From Octopus vulgaris (taxonomy: Eukaryota), in contig OX597827.1 of the NCBI GenBank assembly GCA_951406725.2, positions 34,100,001-34,164,000 of the forward strand: a stretch of DNA of 64,000 bases, given 5' to 3'. Made by a program: the position numbers and the translations under genes. Shown here in pieces: positions 61,831-64,000 of the stretch. Each line of letters opens with the position of its first letter. Position 1 is the first letter of the stretch. The notes below the pieces were generated by a model, which did no database searches, was not told the DNA's origin, and worked only from the letters and a program-made list of their open reading frames with translations.

Positions 61831-62897
61831 TGAAAAAAATAATAGTACCACTAAATTCCTTAGTAAAACTTTAAGCTAAGGGAGCTAACTCTTGTTCACC
61901 TATCATAGTAATCTGGCATTGAAACTTTTTGGTTGCTTACCTGCTAGAAATAGCAACTCAATTGCTTTAAAATCAGATCTTAATGCAGAATGTTCAAGAA
62001 CCAAATGAAGGGCAGATTTTCACTCCCAAGATCATCCCAATCCAAAACAGGTATAATATGTCTATGAGATACAGGGATCCCAGATGGACAGACAGGATTT
62101 CACTTTTATTAATATAGATAACAGTAATTTGAGAGAGATTTGGCTACTATTTCTAACAGGTTGAGCAACTATGTAGAAAATCCCTCGTAGATTTGTTACT
62201 GATAGAAATTAAATCAGTTTTGTCATTTATACAGGCTGTAATTAAAAATGATGAAATCATATTGACACGGAGACATTATAATAAAATTACCATCACAGGA
62301 GAAAATAGAAGACGTTAAAAAAAGCAATCTCAAAGTTACATCGTTTATTAAAAGAGATGAAAATGAAGATAAAAGTTGTGGGTATGGAACATCTGAAAAA
62401 TATATAAGATATTTTCAAACATCCAATTTAATTAAATTTAGTAGTCTGCATGAAAATGAGAAAATGTAGGTATGTTAAATTATTTTATCTATTTAGTTTT
62501 GATATTGTAATTAATGAACAATTGCATCATTAGTCACATGTTCCCTGATGAGTCAATCACTGGTTCACTGCAATTATGGTAGTGAGAGAGAAAAGGGAGT
62601 GTATGTAATTCAGTGCAGAACAAATACCGCAAGAGACTTTACTCAAAGTGCACTGCTTTATTTTCTTGCTGATATTCATATGCATCATTGATAAACATCA
62701 GTTAAGGTCACACATACACAGTTGTATAGTTTATAATTAATACTGCAATGCAAGAGAGAGCAATGTTGCTTCTATGAATTTTTAATGGATAACTACTTAG
62801 ATCTTAAGCTAGTGCTCTCAAAATGTGGTTACTCAGCCTCCATTGATCAACTGACCATCCATCTGCATATAAAAAAAACAACATTATTATTAGGATT

Positions 62898-63112
62898 AAG
62901 GTGGTGAGCTGGCAGAATTGTTAGCACACTGAATAAAATGCTTAGCAGCATTTTGTTCATCTTTCATTCTGAGTTCAAATACAGCCAAGGTCAACTTTGC
63001 TTTTCATCCTTTTAGGGTTGATAAAATAAGTACCTGTTATGTACTATGGTCAATGTAATCAACTTCTCCTTCCCTTGAAAAATTGCTGGCCATGTGCCAA
63101 AATTTGAAACCT
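62898..63112 (+). mobile_element. tRNA-derived SINE with conserved central domain (Meta-like, tentative)
   Basis: GGTGAGCTGGCAGAA...GAGTTCAAAT (B box)...TTTCATCCTTTTAGGGTTGATAAAATAAGTACC. Minus-strand copies at 38050-38228 and 52735-52945. Confidence 0.7.
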
Positions 63113-64000
63113 TTATTATTATTAGGATGATGTATTAATGTAATCATTTGGATGTCTGACAAAACACCTTGTGGTGCTTGTTTCTGCTCTTTACATTTTG
63201 AATTCAAATCCCATTAAGGTTAAACTTTCATGCCACCAGATCAATAAAGTGCCAGTTAAATACTTTATTTTCTCAATTTATTCACCTGATTCTCTCCCTA
63301 CATTTGAAACATTATTATTATTAAAGCGACTGGTGTTAGAAAGTGTGTCCAGCAGTAGAAATGAAGGCAAATCAGACATTGGAAATTGATGCAGCCCTCT
63401 GGCTTATCAGTTCTTGTTGAACTAACCCATGGCAGCATTGAAAAGGGCTTTTAAATGATGATGATGATTTCTCTCCTTAAACTTCAGCTCTCCAGTTTTC
63501 CTTTTCATTCAATAAGATACTGAAGAAGTTCATTCAATTCCATCTCTCATCCCTTCTTGCACACACACACACACAAAAAAGATGATTTTCACACAAATAG
63601 GGTTGGACAGGACACATTTAAAGTATTCAGTTTGGTGCATTCAAGTCCCTTTCACATTGGGTTTCATGTCTGTACAGTTGATGCAAATGACCTATAATAG
63701 AAAGACTTTACTTTAAAACACATTGCATTCATTTACAAATTAAGATGCAACAGCAACCAAGATAATAATAATTTCATTATCAAGAAAAATCATTACTATC
63801 ATTAATGTGTGAGGAGGTGGCTGTTATTTCATTTATTAAATAACTGGTCAAAGATGATAATCAAAGAATATATTCCACCAAAAATCATGGTCAAAGTTTT
63901 AACTTTGGAAGAACAAAAAATGAAACCTTCCCATGACCTCATGTTTAAGATATTTCCTTAGCAACTATTTGGTTTCATGTTTGGTTGCAATGTGCAGAAC

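Noticed and set aside
62544-62575. CTGATGAG hammerhead core start
   Set aside because: No downstream GAAA or stem III.

Overview
AT-rich, microsatellite- and transposon-dense eukaryotic DNA. The SINE families and tandem KRAB-less C2H2 genes point to an octopod cephalopod (inferred, not database-checked). Host genes, all on the minus strand: two intact paralogous C2H2 zinc-finger ORFs (26936-28132, 12 fingers; 39583-40914, 14 fingers), a deleted and retroposon-interrupted third paralogue between them (~33460-34152), and an unrelated 483-aa polyQ/polyH C2H2 factor (46817-48268). The rest is mobile DNA: a near full-length RTE-clade LINE with a PHD-like finger and a tandem-monomer 5' region (~10978-16094), a full-length decayed hAT transposon with TIRs and TSD (7601-10775), a non-autonomous Helitron, several Penelope-like relics with hammerhead-like motifs, mariner/Tc1/CR1/L1-like fragments, piggyBac- and hAT-type MITEs, many SINEs and several long inverted repeats. 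No prokaryotic-type system (CRISPR, operon) is supported. The best leads are the birth-death zinc-finger cluster with a conserved non-KRAB leader, the 483-aa factor whose fingers predict (NGA)n binding (matching the (GAT)n tails of local retroposons), and the LINE 5' monomer array. All alignments and coordinates were read by eye.
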